Source of the DNA: Leptolyngbyaceae cyanobacterium
Lineage (GTDB): Bacteria; Cyanobacteriota; Cyanobacteriia; Phormidesmidales; Phormidesmidaceae
Direction: 5' to 3'
Length of the DNA: 64,000 nt
Assembly: GCA_965263355.1 (NCBI GenBank)
Contig: CBDHHL010000011.1
Span: 32,383-96,382, forward strand
The position numbers and the translations under genes are program-made. The notes beneath the pieces are model-generated. The model did not search any database and had not been told where the DNA came from. It saw only the letters and a program-made list of their open reading frames with translations. Below, one piece after another: positions 27,745-36,978 of the stretch; within the stretch, counting starts at the first letter, position 1; the number at the start of each line of letters is the position of its first letter.

Positions 27745-28338
27745 TTAACTTTCAGGAAGCCCCCATGCCTTTTGTTGTTCGGCTGTCATCTCAAATTGTT
27801 CAATGTCAACTCGCTTCAAGCTATCCTCTGCCGTAAACCCATTAGGAAAACGTTTTTTAAGCTTTTCAATATTAGCTTCCTGAATGTCGCCCAAAGATAA
27901 TTCTAGCTTTGTCGCAATAGCCGCATGATACCAAGCCACATCACCCAGTTCTTTGGCCCAATCACGTACATCCATCCATGGGAACAACTGCAACCCTGCT
28001 AGCTCTGAAGACTCCCCTAGAAGCCCGATCACATTCCAAAGCACCATCACGCTTTGATTGTCTAAACCTGTCGCATCAGTGCCAAACTGAGGTTTATCAA
28101 CTGCACAGATAACATCCAAGTCTTTAATTAAGTTTGCGAGGTCTGACTTGAAAGCATCCCACTGATAATCTTCATGTCGATGAAAAATATTTTTCTTCAT
28201 CTTTTCAGCCAATGTCCCTAGCCGATCATGAAGCTGAAGAATAGTCTTAAACATTTCTGCTTCAGCTTTTGTTAAGGGCTGTTCAGGCGCGTCAATTAGT
28301 GTTCTTGCTGCTAATTTTTGATATTCGTTACTATCCAT
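27745..28338 (-). CDS. MazG-like NTP pyrophosphohydrolase
   Basis: YQKLAART..GLLGESSELA..KELGDVAWY..NIEKLKKRFPNGF. Confidence 0.88.
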   Translation of the reverse strand: MDSNEYQKLAARTLIDAPEQPLTKAEAEMFKTILQLHDRLGTLAEKMKKNIFHRHEDYQWDAFKSDLANLIKDLDVICAVDKPQFGTDATGLDNQSVMVLWNVIGLLGESSELAGLQLFPWMDVRDWAKELGDVAWYHAAIATKLELSLGDIQEANIEKLKKRFPNGFTAEDSLKRVDIEQFEMTAEQQKAWGLPES

Positions 28339-28612
28339 CGTCTAAAGCTCCCTCCAGAAATGAAATACTTTTCCTGCTTTCATCGTTTGAACACATTAAA
28401 AAAAGTGGTTGCTTAGCCCAAAAATGAAGTACTTTTGTCGATTTTTTTAGCACTACAAAATCAATAGAATAAATTGTCCCTTGCCCCAGATAATACCAGG
28501 ACTCATAGACAGGATTTTTATTCATATCGCACGCGTCATACTGCACCAACTGACCATCAATTAATGTAATACATACTTTCTTTTCTTCATCACTTGGGTT
28601 TGCTATCATCAT
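28331..28612 (-). CDS. Hypothetical protein
   Basis: Overlaps the MazG start. Confidence 0.5.
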   Translation of the reverse strand: MMIANPSDEEKKVCITLIDGQLVQYDACDMNKNPVYESWYYLGQGTIYSIDFVVLKKSTKVLHFWAKQPLFLMCSNDESRKSISFLEGALDDG

Positions 28613-28639
28613 TTACTTTTCCTAGTATCGGCTAACATC

Positions 28640-28668
28640 AATGCGGAGGCTATAGTGACCTCCGCATT
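28640..28668 (-). terminator. Hairpin/terminator after the 28679-29875 gene
   Basis: AATGCGGAGG/CCTCCGCATT inverted repeat. Confidence 0.55.
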
Positions 28669-28678
28669 AAACTAACTA

Positions 28679-29875
28679 TTAAATAGCGGCTGGCTGAGGA
28701 GCCTTAGAGTTCTCAGTAATACGAGCCTTGAGACCCGCAACAAAAGAACTCTCATTTGATTTAGGCAGAGTCAAATAAGTCTCAACCTTTTTATTTTTGT
28801 TCTTCAAAACAGTGATTTTGCCAATATGTAAAATAGCAGGATCAGACTCACTCAACGTTGCATTAGACGGCAAGAGAGTTCGCTTAAGGCGAGTATTGCC
28901 ATTAATAAATTTCTCCTCTCCATTGACGATGACGCAAAGCTGTACGCCTTCCCCGTACTCAGCACTATCTGTTTTTTCCCAAGCAATCACCTTGTAAGAT
29001 GATTCCTCTTGAAGCTCAGCAAGCTTCATGTATGCTTTACCAAGCTGGAATTCAACTCCATTGATAGTAATTACCCTGCCTTCCTTTGAAATCTTCAATT
29101 CTTCAGTGAACCAGCCATCACTATCGACCGGGAATCTAGCCCAATCTTCTTTTTTGCCTGGGGCATAAAAAAGAACTGGTTTATCATCAACGGCACCCAA
29201 TATGGAGCCGTAGAGCTCCCCTTCTTTGTGCCGTTTTTCAACCCACTTGATATGAGCGAACTCAATATCGGATCCGTCTTCTACGTCTCCTAGCTTAATC
29301 CGTTCTTCCCCACGTAAAAGAAACTCGTTAAGCTTTTCAGGGCTGTTGGCCATGGATAAACGAGCACTGATAAGCTTACGTCCATCTTCGGAACGATGCT
29401 CATATTTTAACCGGACAGGACAAACCAACGCGTACCCAGACGGGTCTAGGATCAGCGTATCGTCCCCTAAGTTTAATGCATATAAATCATTAGGAAAAGT
29501 CATATCAACCGGAAGGACAAATCTTTGCTGTCCCCAACGAATGCAAATAGTATCCTCGTAAGCATAAACAGATGGGATGGCAAGATTGCCGCCGCTCTCA
29601 TTGTTAATAAAAACGCAAGTACAGCCATCTGGATTGTACTCAGCAAAGCCCAGCTTTGCCGCAAGCTGACTAAAAGCCTCACGGATGTCTGCCGGTAGGC
29701 TTCCGTCCGGAATCTCAATCTTGTCTTCATTAATCCCAGCTTGAATTAATTCATTCTCAAGGTCCATTAACCTTTGAGTAAGATTGATGCTTGGAGCAGC
29801 AACAGTTGCAGTAGTTTCAACAGCTTGAGCACTAGAGGCTTTCTTTTGAAATCGGGCCATAATAATAAATTCCAA
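28679..29875 (-). CDS. Hypothetical protein, possible ssDNA-binding/replication accessory
   Basis: 398 aa, divergent from the primase; two related beta-rich blocks (IKLGDVEDG / MKLAELQEE). Confidence 0.45.
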   Translation of the reverse strand: MEFIIMARFQKKASSAQAVETTATVAAPSINLTQRLMDLENELIQAGINEDKIEIPDGSLPADIREAFSQLAAKLGFAEYNPDGCTCVFINNESGGNLAIPSVYAYEDTICIRWGQQRFVLPVDMTFPNDLYALNLGDDTLILDPSGYALVCPVRLKYEHRSEDGRKLISARLSMANSPEKLNEFLLRGEERIKLGDVEDGSDIEFAHIKWVEKRHKEGELYGSILGAVDDKPVLFYAPGKKEDWARFPVDSDGWFTEELKISKEGRVITINGVEFQLGKAYMKLAELQEESSYKVIAWEKTDSAEYGEGVQLCVIVNGEEKFINGNTRLKRTLLPSNATLSESDPAILHIGKITVLKNKNKKVETYLTLPKSNESSFVAGLKARITENSKAPQPAAI

Positions 29876-29957
29876 TTTTTGAACATCGAGTTAGAGCAAA
29901 CGTGGTTTCGAACCGCTCTAAACGCTTACAAGTACAACCCTAAAAAATACAATCAAG

Positions 29958-29978
29958 TTTGTCAAGGGGCTTGACAAA
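29958..29978. promoter_or_regulatory. Back-to-back TTGACA palindrome between divergent replication genes
   Basis: TTTGTCAAG-ggg-CTTGACAAA. Confidence 0.5.
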
Positions 29979-30063
29979 AAAGAAAAAATACAGCCATGCT
30001 TGTAAAGCAATGCCATTATATAAAACGCAGCAAATATAATGGGCTTCCTGGAATTTAATAAAT

Positions 30064-32313
30064 ATGAGTGGATTAGGAGCTGATTTTGGATGGAAGTCAA
30101 TACGCAAGTTTATTCCCGAGCTGCCCGAGCAGCACTATCTAGAAGCCCATCACGTTAGTCATTTGGCAGAAAGCGGTATAAGTCCCAATGCTGCCCTAGT
30201 AGCTGGCATATTTAGCGCTGATGCTGCCTTAGCTAGAACGCTCACAGGCCACGGTAGAGCCGGTCTGATATTCACTTATTTCACGATTGACGGCAAAGAT
30301 GTATATCGATGGGGGGATGATAGCAGGCCATTTTTTAGACTCAGGCCAGACAACCCGCCAAGCCCAAAATGCAAATATCTATCCCCAAAAGGGGCACCCC
30401 CACGGATTTATTTTCCGAGAGTGGCTAACAAAATAGACTTTACTAAGCTTTCAGGACTTAACCTAGCCTTAGCAGAAGGCGAGAAAAAAAGCCTACTGGC
30501 AACACTCTGTAATATCCCATGTATAGGGATTGGAGGAGTTGACAGTTACAAGACTGGTGATAAGGATGAATGGGGTAATCGTGCTCTAGGATGCCTGGTT
30601 GATGAGATTGATATTAGAGCCGCGCAAACCTTAACCATAGTTTTTGATAGCGATATCACCCACAAACATCAAGTCGCTAGGGCCATTAAAGCATTGGCTG
30701 GAAATTTAATAGAGGCTTATCATCAGCTCGAAATAGACGAGACAGGCTCTGGCGAACGAGTGCCTACCCGAACACTAGTATTAGCTAAAAAATTAAAATA
30801 TGCGCTGCTTCCAACACGATTGAAGCTTGGTAATGAAAAAAAGACCAAAAAACTAGGCTTAGATGACGCAATTATGCTATTGGGCGAATCGCCAGTAAAG
30901 GAATTGTTAAGACATGCATTGCCATTAGTAAAATGCAAGTGGGAAGATAAGTCATTAGATACTGAGTGCCTATTTGCGTCTGAACCACTGGGAGACGATG
31001 CCCACAAAGATACTCCTATTAATAAACAGCATCATGTTAGGGGGTTAATCAGTTGGTTATCCTTACATGGCATCTATGCGAATATCCCTGATTATTCAAA
31101 ACGTCAATATTACCCAGAGGGTATCTGGAAAGACGTAGGCGAGGAAGCCTGGAAATTACTTTCCGAACAAATAGCTGACACTCAGTGTTGGCTAAATAGG
31201 AAGCGTGCGATCGCGGCGCAAGAACTTAGATTTGTAGAGAACAAGACCCGATTAAGTAAAGACCAATTTGACCAACCGCATCTACTAGGATTTATTAATG
31301 GAGTGCTGGAGCTTAATAAAAAAGAGCTTATTCCACATTCTCCTCAAAATTATATTACTCAGACATTAGGGTTTTCGTATGACCCTGAGGCGCAATGCAT
31401 CCAGTGGTTAACCTGGCTAAATTGGGTATTTGAAGATGATGAAAAGTGGCCAGAGATTATTCAAGCCCTTATTCGTTGGACGATCACCCCTAAAAAACAA
31501 GGACCCTACCCTATCCATATATGGCCTGTTCTAATTGGCCCAGCTGGCATCGGTAAAGGGACATTTTTAAGTGTGTTAACGCAGCTAGTAGGCGAGGGCA
31601 GTTATGCCGCCTGGAATTATCACAACGTGAATGACGCTCGCGGCATGAACAGTATGTCCGGCAAACGAGCTTGTTTTGCAATGGACCTTAAAGGCGAATT
31701 GGGCAGTCAGGCAGTTGGAAATATTAACTCAATCTGTGTCAACGAACCCCTAGACGTAGAAGCTAAATATAAGGACAAAAGAACCGAAGAGTTTAGAACT
31801 GTCCTATGGGCAGCCATGAACCAGCCAATCAAGTCTAGGGCAGCTGACCAAGAAGGCCTTAGTAGGCGAGTACTATACATCCCATTTAGCCGCAAACCTA
31901 CCGAGATCGATACTGAGCTGGCTAACAAGCTAAAAGCTGAGCTACCAGGAATATTTAATTGGGCTTGGGCTATCTCCCTAGATGAAGCAGTGGAAACACT
32001 AAAAACTCATCTCAAGTCTGAAGAAAATATAGCATTACAGCAACGTCACTTGGCAGAATCAAATACTGTCTACGAATGGATGGAACATCTAGAACTATCC
32101 GTTGCTCAAACTCAAATAATCAGTGTTTGGTACAACCGCTATAAAGAGTGGGTGATCGACACGGGCTGCAAACCATTAAAAATGAGAAATTGGAAAAAAT
32201 ACATCCTTGCCGCCGGGGCCGAAACTCAGAGGAAGACAGGAGAAGGCATCCCGCTAACACTACCTCCCCTAAAAGACGTTGACATTAGAAAAATGCTAGG
32301 ACTATTCAACTAA
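30064..32313 (+). CDS. Primase-helicase (DUF3854/Toprim-like N-terminus, D5/P4-type SF3 helicase, C-terminal winged helix)
   Basis: KYLSPKG, LAEGEKK, IVFDSD, KLGLDD; LGFINGVL; Walker A GPAGIGKGT. Confidence 0.9.
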   Translation: MSGLGADFGWKSIRKFIPELPEQHYLEAHHVSHLAESGISPNAALVAGIFSADAALARTLTGHGRAGLIFTYFTIDGKDVYRWGDDSRPFFRLRPDNPPSPKCKYLSPKGAPPRIYFPRVANKIDFTKLSGLNLALAEGEKKSLLATLCNIPCIGIGGVDSYKTGDKDEWGNRALGCLVDEIDIRAAQTLTIVFDSDITHKHQVARAIKALAGNLIEAYHQLEIDETGSGERVPTRTLVLAKKLKYALLPTRLKLGNEKKTKKLGLDDAIMLLGESPVKELLRHALPLVKCKWEDKSLDTECLFASEPLGDDAHKDTPINKQHHVRGLISWLSLHGIYANIPDYSKRQYYPEGIWKDVGEEAWKLLSEQIADTQCWLNRKRAIAAQELRFVENKTRLSKDQFDQPHLLGFINGVLELNKKELIPHSPQNYITQTLGFSYDPEAQCIQWLTWLNWVFEDDEKWPEIIQALIRWTITPKKQGPYPIHIWPVLIGPAGIGKGTFLSVLTQLVGEGSYAAWNYHNVNDARGMNSMSGKRACFAMDLKGELGSQAVGNINSICVNEPLDVEAKYKDKRTEEFRTVLWAAMNQPIKSRAADQEGLSRRVLYIPFSRKPTEIDTELANKLKAELPGIFNWAWAISLDEAVETLKTHLKSEENIALQQRHLAESNTVYEWMEHLELSVAQTQIISVWYNRYKEWVIDTGCKPLKMRNWKKYILAAGAETQRKTGEGIPLTLPPLKDVDIRKMLGLFN

Positions 32314-32342
32314 ACTACAAACATCGAAACAGACAACTACAC

Positions 32343-32376
32343 AAGCGCTTCAGGCCACCAAACCTGAAGCGCTTTT
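32343..32376 (+). terminator. Intrinsic terminator after the primase
   Basis: AAGCGCTTCAGG/CCTGAAGCGCTT hairpin plus T-tract. Confidence 0.75.
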
Positions 32377-32399
32377 ACTATGGCCGATATCGACCGCTA

Positions 32400-33200
32400 C
32401 AAACAGTCCTAGAGCCAGCAAAACAAAACTGCCGCCGCTTTCCCCCTCACCCTTTCCTAGAACGAGGGGACCTAAGAAAAGCTTAGCGATGTATCAAATA
32501 GCACTAAATAAGCCGTCTTCATAAAACTCTGGTTGAGTGTGCCAGTTGATAGTGATTTGTAGGACTAGTGGTAGTTAAGCCCAAAAAGTGATCAGTTTTT
32601 TCACAAAAATCATTAGTAAATTCCTAGGAATTTCACTAAAACTTGAATTTTGAAATCCTTTTATATCAATGGTTTCAGCGATTTTTTTATCGAAATGGCC
32701 TTTTTTTGGCTCAAACTTTCTGTTTTCTATGGGAGTGCTCCCTATCTATGCCCTATTAGCCTCTATCTATTTCTAAAACAGAAAGTTTGAAATTGAAATA
32801 TATAAAATATTAGAGCATAGAAATAGCTGAAACGTATATATAGCAAGGGATACAGCCGATAAAAAGCGCTTGAAATAACTATGAAATAACTACTGAAAAG
32901 CAGTGAATTAGTAGGTGAAACCCAGTGATTTTTTGAATGCTTTTTTGCAGAATCCAGGGGGTTAACGTCTGTTAAATAGAATCTAAGTTTTGCCCAAAGA
33001 CTATAGTACTGATGCACTAAAGCTAAAAAGCGCTGAAACCCGCATTCTGTCGTTAAATTTGCTTTTTAGTGTGCCAGTTGCTCTATTTTTTTGCTTTTGA
33101 AGGACTTGCTTGCTGGTCTGTCAGTGGCGTTTATTTTTTGTCAAGTGTCTTTACAGGTGTGATTGTGATTGGTATTATTGTGGTTGTAGAGATTTTGGGT
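32400..33200. other. Putative replication origin (AT-rich, symmetric repeats)
   Basis: About 890-bp non-coding gap after the primase; perfect 16-bp IR (32711-32726/32775-32790); two 29-bp palindromic motifs; 13-bp direct repeat. Confidence 0.55.
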
Positions 33201-33207
33201 AATTTGT

Positions 33208-34926
33208 ATGGTTGAGGCGATTCAGTCGTCATTATTGATGGCTACTGGCGATGACGAATCGCCAAAAATAACGTTGACAGGCCAGCAAGAGGTTCTTAAG
33301 GCTGAGGTACTGGAATGGCTAAGGCTTAAACCTTCTAAGCTTGCTCGCGTGACTGGCTTTGCTGGCACGGGAAAGACCACCGTGATTAAATATGTTGTGC
33401 AAGCTGCTATTGAAGAGGGGCTTATTAATGGCCCGGTCTGGGCTTGCGCTCCTACTCATCAAGCTAAAGGGGTGATTGAGAACTCGTTGAGGGGAAGTGC
33501 TGTCACTGAGGTGACCACCGCTCATTCATTGCTTGGTTTGCGGCCTAAGACAGTTGAGTTCAAACGAAAGGACCAAGATAAATTAGATGTCCTTTTAGGC
33601 ATTAAAGAAGAACTTAGAAGTACGGATGAATCGGCGTTAATTGATGCTTTATTGATACGTCGCAACGCTTCAGACGCTGAAGTTCAATCGTTTGTGCCTA
33701 GCGGAAAGCTCAAGGAAGGAATAGAAAAAGTCAGGTTTTTGTTAGTTGATGAATGGTCAATGATCGACAAGCTTCTATATGGGCTTTTTTGCGAACTAGC
33801 GAATGACCCAGTGATGCACCCTGACTTTCAAATTATTTTCTTGGGGGATCCTGCTCAGCTGCCACCTATTGGCGAAACAATTAGCAAGGTTGAGTCTTTG
33901 CCGTCATTCCAAGAGTTAACAGAGGTTGTTCGCTATAAAGGCGCAATTCTTGAATACTGCAATAAGGTCCGTACTGAACGAGATTACAACTGGCTGCATC
34001 AGCGAGTGGAGGAAGATGACACTTTAATGGTTCTGCAAGAGTGGGAAGTCATGCCTCAACTTAAAGAACTGTACGCAGCTGGGGAGTCTATCCGATTTGC
34101 TGCAGCGACTAACGCTAGGGTAATGGCCCTTAATTATCAGATTCGCGGCATTCTCAAAGATGGGGATTTGTCTGGACTATTTTACGATCCAGGGGATGTT
34201 GTGTTGACGTTGAATGCTGTTAGCCGTAGCAGTTCATATGCTTATGACGTTGCTTGCGGTGGGAAAAAATCGAAGCTGGAAGAGCACACCAGCACACTTT
34301 TAGAACTTGGCGACCTATGCGGACCGGGTGCATATGTAAGTCTTGGCACTTCTGGAACAATTCTTACAGATCAGTCATTTGAGATGACATCGAAGCTTGG
34401 TACTAAATTTAGCCGAATGATTTTTCGATATCGGCGTTATGAGTCAGGGCTACCGTTCTCGGAACGAAAAGCAATATGTTTGCTCAACCCAGCTCAGTAC
34501 GACCAATGGCAGCTTGAATGTAAGCAGCTAGCTAGCCGAGCAAAAGTTACTCAGACCCGCAGTCGTAAATCTACAGGCATTAGAGGACAGGAAGGGGAGC
34601 AGGCTAAGGCTGTTTGGGAAGAGTTTGGTTTAAAAAACTGGTGGAAAAAGAAGAACGGCGAACCTTTACAGCAGTATGAATATCAAAAGCTTAAAACGGG
34701 ATTGTGGATAGACTACTTTGACTTGGCCAACTTTGCTGATAAGGCCAGTTACAGCTATGTGAGCACTTGCCATCGGCTGCAAGGCGTAACAGTAGATATT
34801 GTCGTGCTTGACATGAAGACTCTTATGTCGAACGCACAAGCAAAATTTGACGAAACTTGGGATCCTCGAAAGCTGCTGTACACCGCAGCTACTAGGGCAC
34901 GTAAACAGTTGATTTTTATGTGCTAA
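33208..34926 (+). CDS. SF1B helicase (Dda/RecD-like)
   Basis: GFAGTGKTT, APTHQA, LLVDEWSMID, LGDPAQLPPI, STCHRLQG, LLYTAATRAR. Confidence 0.92.
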   Translation: MVEAIQSSLLMATGDDESPKITLTGQQEVLKAEVLEWLRLKPSKLARVTGFAGTGKTTVIKYVVQAAIEEGLINGPVWACAPTHQAKGVIENSLRGSAVTEVTTAHSLLGLRPKTVEFKRKDQDKLDVLLGIKEELRSTDESALIDALLIRRNASDAEVQSFVPSGKLKEGIEKVRFLLVDEWSMIDKLLYGLFCELANDPVMHPDFQIIFLGDPAQLPPIGETISKVESLPSFQELTEVVRYKGAILEYCNKVRTERDYNWLHQRVEEDDTLMVLQEWEVMPQLKELYAAGESIRFAAATNARVMALNYQIRGILKDGDLSGLFYDPGDVVLTLNAVSRSSSYAYDVACGGKKSKLEEHTSTLLELGDLCGPGAYVSLGTSGTILTDQSFEMTSKLGTKFSRMIFRYRRYESGLPFSERKAICLLNPAQYDQWQLECKQLASRAKVTQTRSRKSTGIRGQEGEQAKAVWEEFGLKNWWKKKNGEPLQQYEYQKLKTGLWIDYFDLANFADKASYSYVSTCHRLQGVTVDIVVLDMKTLMSNAQAKFDETWDPRKLLYTAATRARKQLIFMC

Positions 34927-34997
34927 CTAGTCAAGTTCGTCAATTCACGGTGCATCAATTTAAGTAATTCAAATCAAACAAGAAAAGGCTAAAAGCT

Positions 34998-35810
34998 ATG
35001 ACCATAAACACTTCCAACGACAATAACGATTCCAATATCGTTCGCAGCTTTAATCAAGTTGATATCTGGCAAAAGCGAGAAGATGGCTATATCAATCTCA
35101 ATCAGATGGCTCAAGCCACAGATAAACGGATAGACAACTGGCTTCGCTTACAGTCAACTAAAGAACTCATTGATGCCTTTGATGCTGAAAATGCTTCCTC
35201 AGATCCAAGGGAGCAATCCCCAGCCTTGATAACCATCACTAGTGGTATTAAGGGACAGCGTGGCGGTGGTGGGACATGGGCACACCCTGATATTGCTATC
35301 CAATTTGCAATGTGGTGTAGTCCAGCATTTGCCCTTCAAGTTAGCAAATGGGTTCGTACCTATATGACTGAAGGCCGATTGGAGGCTGAAGAGTCAATTC
35401 CAGCTCATGAACTTAAGTTCATTAAGATGGTTGAGCAAATCGAAGATGTTTTTCCAAAGGACTGCGCCCAATCTCGAGATCTTAAGCACCGAGCTGCACT
35501 AATTTGTTATCCAGAGTATGCCTGTGCTCAATTGATTGCAGAAGATAATCGTAAAAAGTACATTATCAAACGAAAGCGTGAATTACAGGCGCGCAGTGTT
35601 GAGAACTGGCTGGCAAGCCTAGCTTTGATTAGAAACCAACAAAAACCAATTTCTAAATGGTATCAAGGCTATAAAGAATGGTGCTTGCAAGAATTCGACA
35701 TGGTTCCATTGGCCATGTACAAGTGGAAAGCTTATTTGATTGATAATGAATTCGCTCAAGTCCTGAAAAAAACAGGTGCAGGTATCCCACTAGAAATCTT
35801 TCCTGTGTAA
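34998..35810 (+). CDS. KilA-N domain protein fused to a primase-type C-terminal winged helix
   Basis: EDGYINLNQMA..WLRLQSTKELI..GTWAHPDIAIQFAMWCSPAF; C-terminus similar to the primase C-terminus. Confidence 0.9.
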   Translation: MTINTSNDNNDSNIVRSFNQVDIWQKREDGYINLNQMAQATDKRIDNWLRLQSTKELIDAFDAENASSDPREQSPALITITSGIKGQRGGGGTWAHPDIAIQFAMWCSPAFALQVSKWVRTYMTEGRLEAEESIPAHELKFIKMVEQIEDVFPKDCAQSRDLKHRAALICYPEYACAQLIAEDNRKKYIIKRKRELQARSVENWLASLALIRNQQKPISKWYQGYKEWCLQEFDMVPLAMYKWKAYLIDNEFAQVLKKTGAGIPLEIFPV

Positions 35811-35834
35811 AAAGTAAAGTTAGGATCTAAAGCT

Positions 35835-36239
35835 ATGTCACTAAGAAAAGGTCTTTACGATGTTTACGATCTTCATGAACAAAAAGATTACGAGCATGAA
35901 GGCTATTGCATTTTATTCCATCCCGATAATAGAGTTTTGCTGCTAAGTGTCCATGGTGAGATTAAAGCTAGTTTTACTTTGCCAGTCAAAAGCAAAGATA
36001 TTTCTTACTTGATTGAAAGCTTTAGTGAGCATTGCCCGCCCGATTCTAAAGGTGATTCCTATTTCTGTGTAGCTGAAGCTATTGCAGATATAGCAGGAAA
36101 TAAGACTCAAAAGTTTGGCAATTGCGAATGTTGTGGGACTCGGCTGTTTAGGTATGGCGGATATTACGGCAGTGGGATGTGTGGCGTTTGTCATCAAGGT
36201 GATGCGGAGCTTTTAGAGGAAGTGGGGGCAACTTGGTAA
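35835..36239 (+). CDS. Hypothetical protein with C-terminal Zn finger
   Basis: CECC..CGVC. Confidence 0.55.
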   Translation: MSLRKGLYDVYDLHEQKDYEHEGYCILFHPDNRVLLLSVHGEIKASFTLPVKSKDISYLIESFSEHCPPDSKGDSYFCVAEAIADIAGNKTQKFGNCECCGTRLFRYGGYYGSGMCGVCHQGDAELLEEVGATW

Positions 36240-36634
36240 TGAAAATTTCAAAAAAAATACTTCAGTCTTCAATACTTAAAATCCCTAACCTGCGGGGGGT
36301 GAATGTAACCATTGGCGCTGATGCTGGGGGCGGTGGTGCTCCACCAATTGCGATATGGATTTATTGTGGAATAAATGGTTATTCGGGAAGCCCTGTCAAG
36401 GTCAGATTAAAGCTAGCAACGGGGGAGATCTTCTATTACCAGCATTTGTACAGGAAAGATGATTCACCGCATACTCAAGAATCAATGATGAATTATGCAG
36501 CTGCTTGTCTTTTTTGTGGTGGATTAGAACCTGAAGATATTTTGAACCTTGCTGAACAAGCTGGTCACGAAGTGCGTTTGCCCATAGATGAGATCATCTT
36601 TCCAGACTATCAAAAGCCATGCCTCACCAATTAG
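36233..36634 (+). CDS. Hypothetical protein
   Basis: Overlapping ORF in the operon. Confidence 0.5.
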   Translation: MVMKISKKILQSSILKIPNLRGVNVTIGADAGGGGAPPIAIWIYCGINGYSGSPVKVRLKLATGEIFYYQHLYRKDDSPHTQESMMNYAAACLFCGGLEPEDILNLAEQAGHEVRLPIDEIIFPDYQKPCLTN

Positions 36635-36978
36635 AACTATCGTTAACTCGTCGTTCTAAAACCAAATGCACTGCCCCATCGGATGCCATCATCCCAGGCT
36701 TAGACGCTAGCTTATGTCGCTGTGATTATTGTCTAACTCGTTCTGATGGCATTTGGTGGGTAGATGTTAACCAACGGCTTGACTGCCTCAATAAGAAAAA
36801 GCATAAAATCCCTTACTTAATTGAGGTATACCGTCGCCAAGCTGTTGGTGTTGCCCACGACGACGATACAAAAGAAACAGAAGCTCAGAATGCGAAACGT
36901 AAACACGCACAATGGGCCGGTCAAAAGTTCAAACAAACTAATAAACCATGTCAGCAACAACAATTACTAGACCAATAA
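36619..36978 (+). CDS. Hypothetical Cys-containing protein
   Basis: Overlapping ORF in the operon. Confidence 0.5.
   Translation: MPHQLELSLTRRSKTKCTAPSDAIIPGLDASLCRCDYCLTRSDGIWWVDVNQRLDCLNKKKHKIPYLIEVYRRQAVGVAHDDDTKETEAQNAKRKHAQWAGQKFKQTNKPCQQQQLLDQ

Noticed and set aside
29885..29930. tRNA-like sequence (GGTTTCGAACC)
   Set aside because: Could not be folded into a cloverleaf; only a short hairpin
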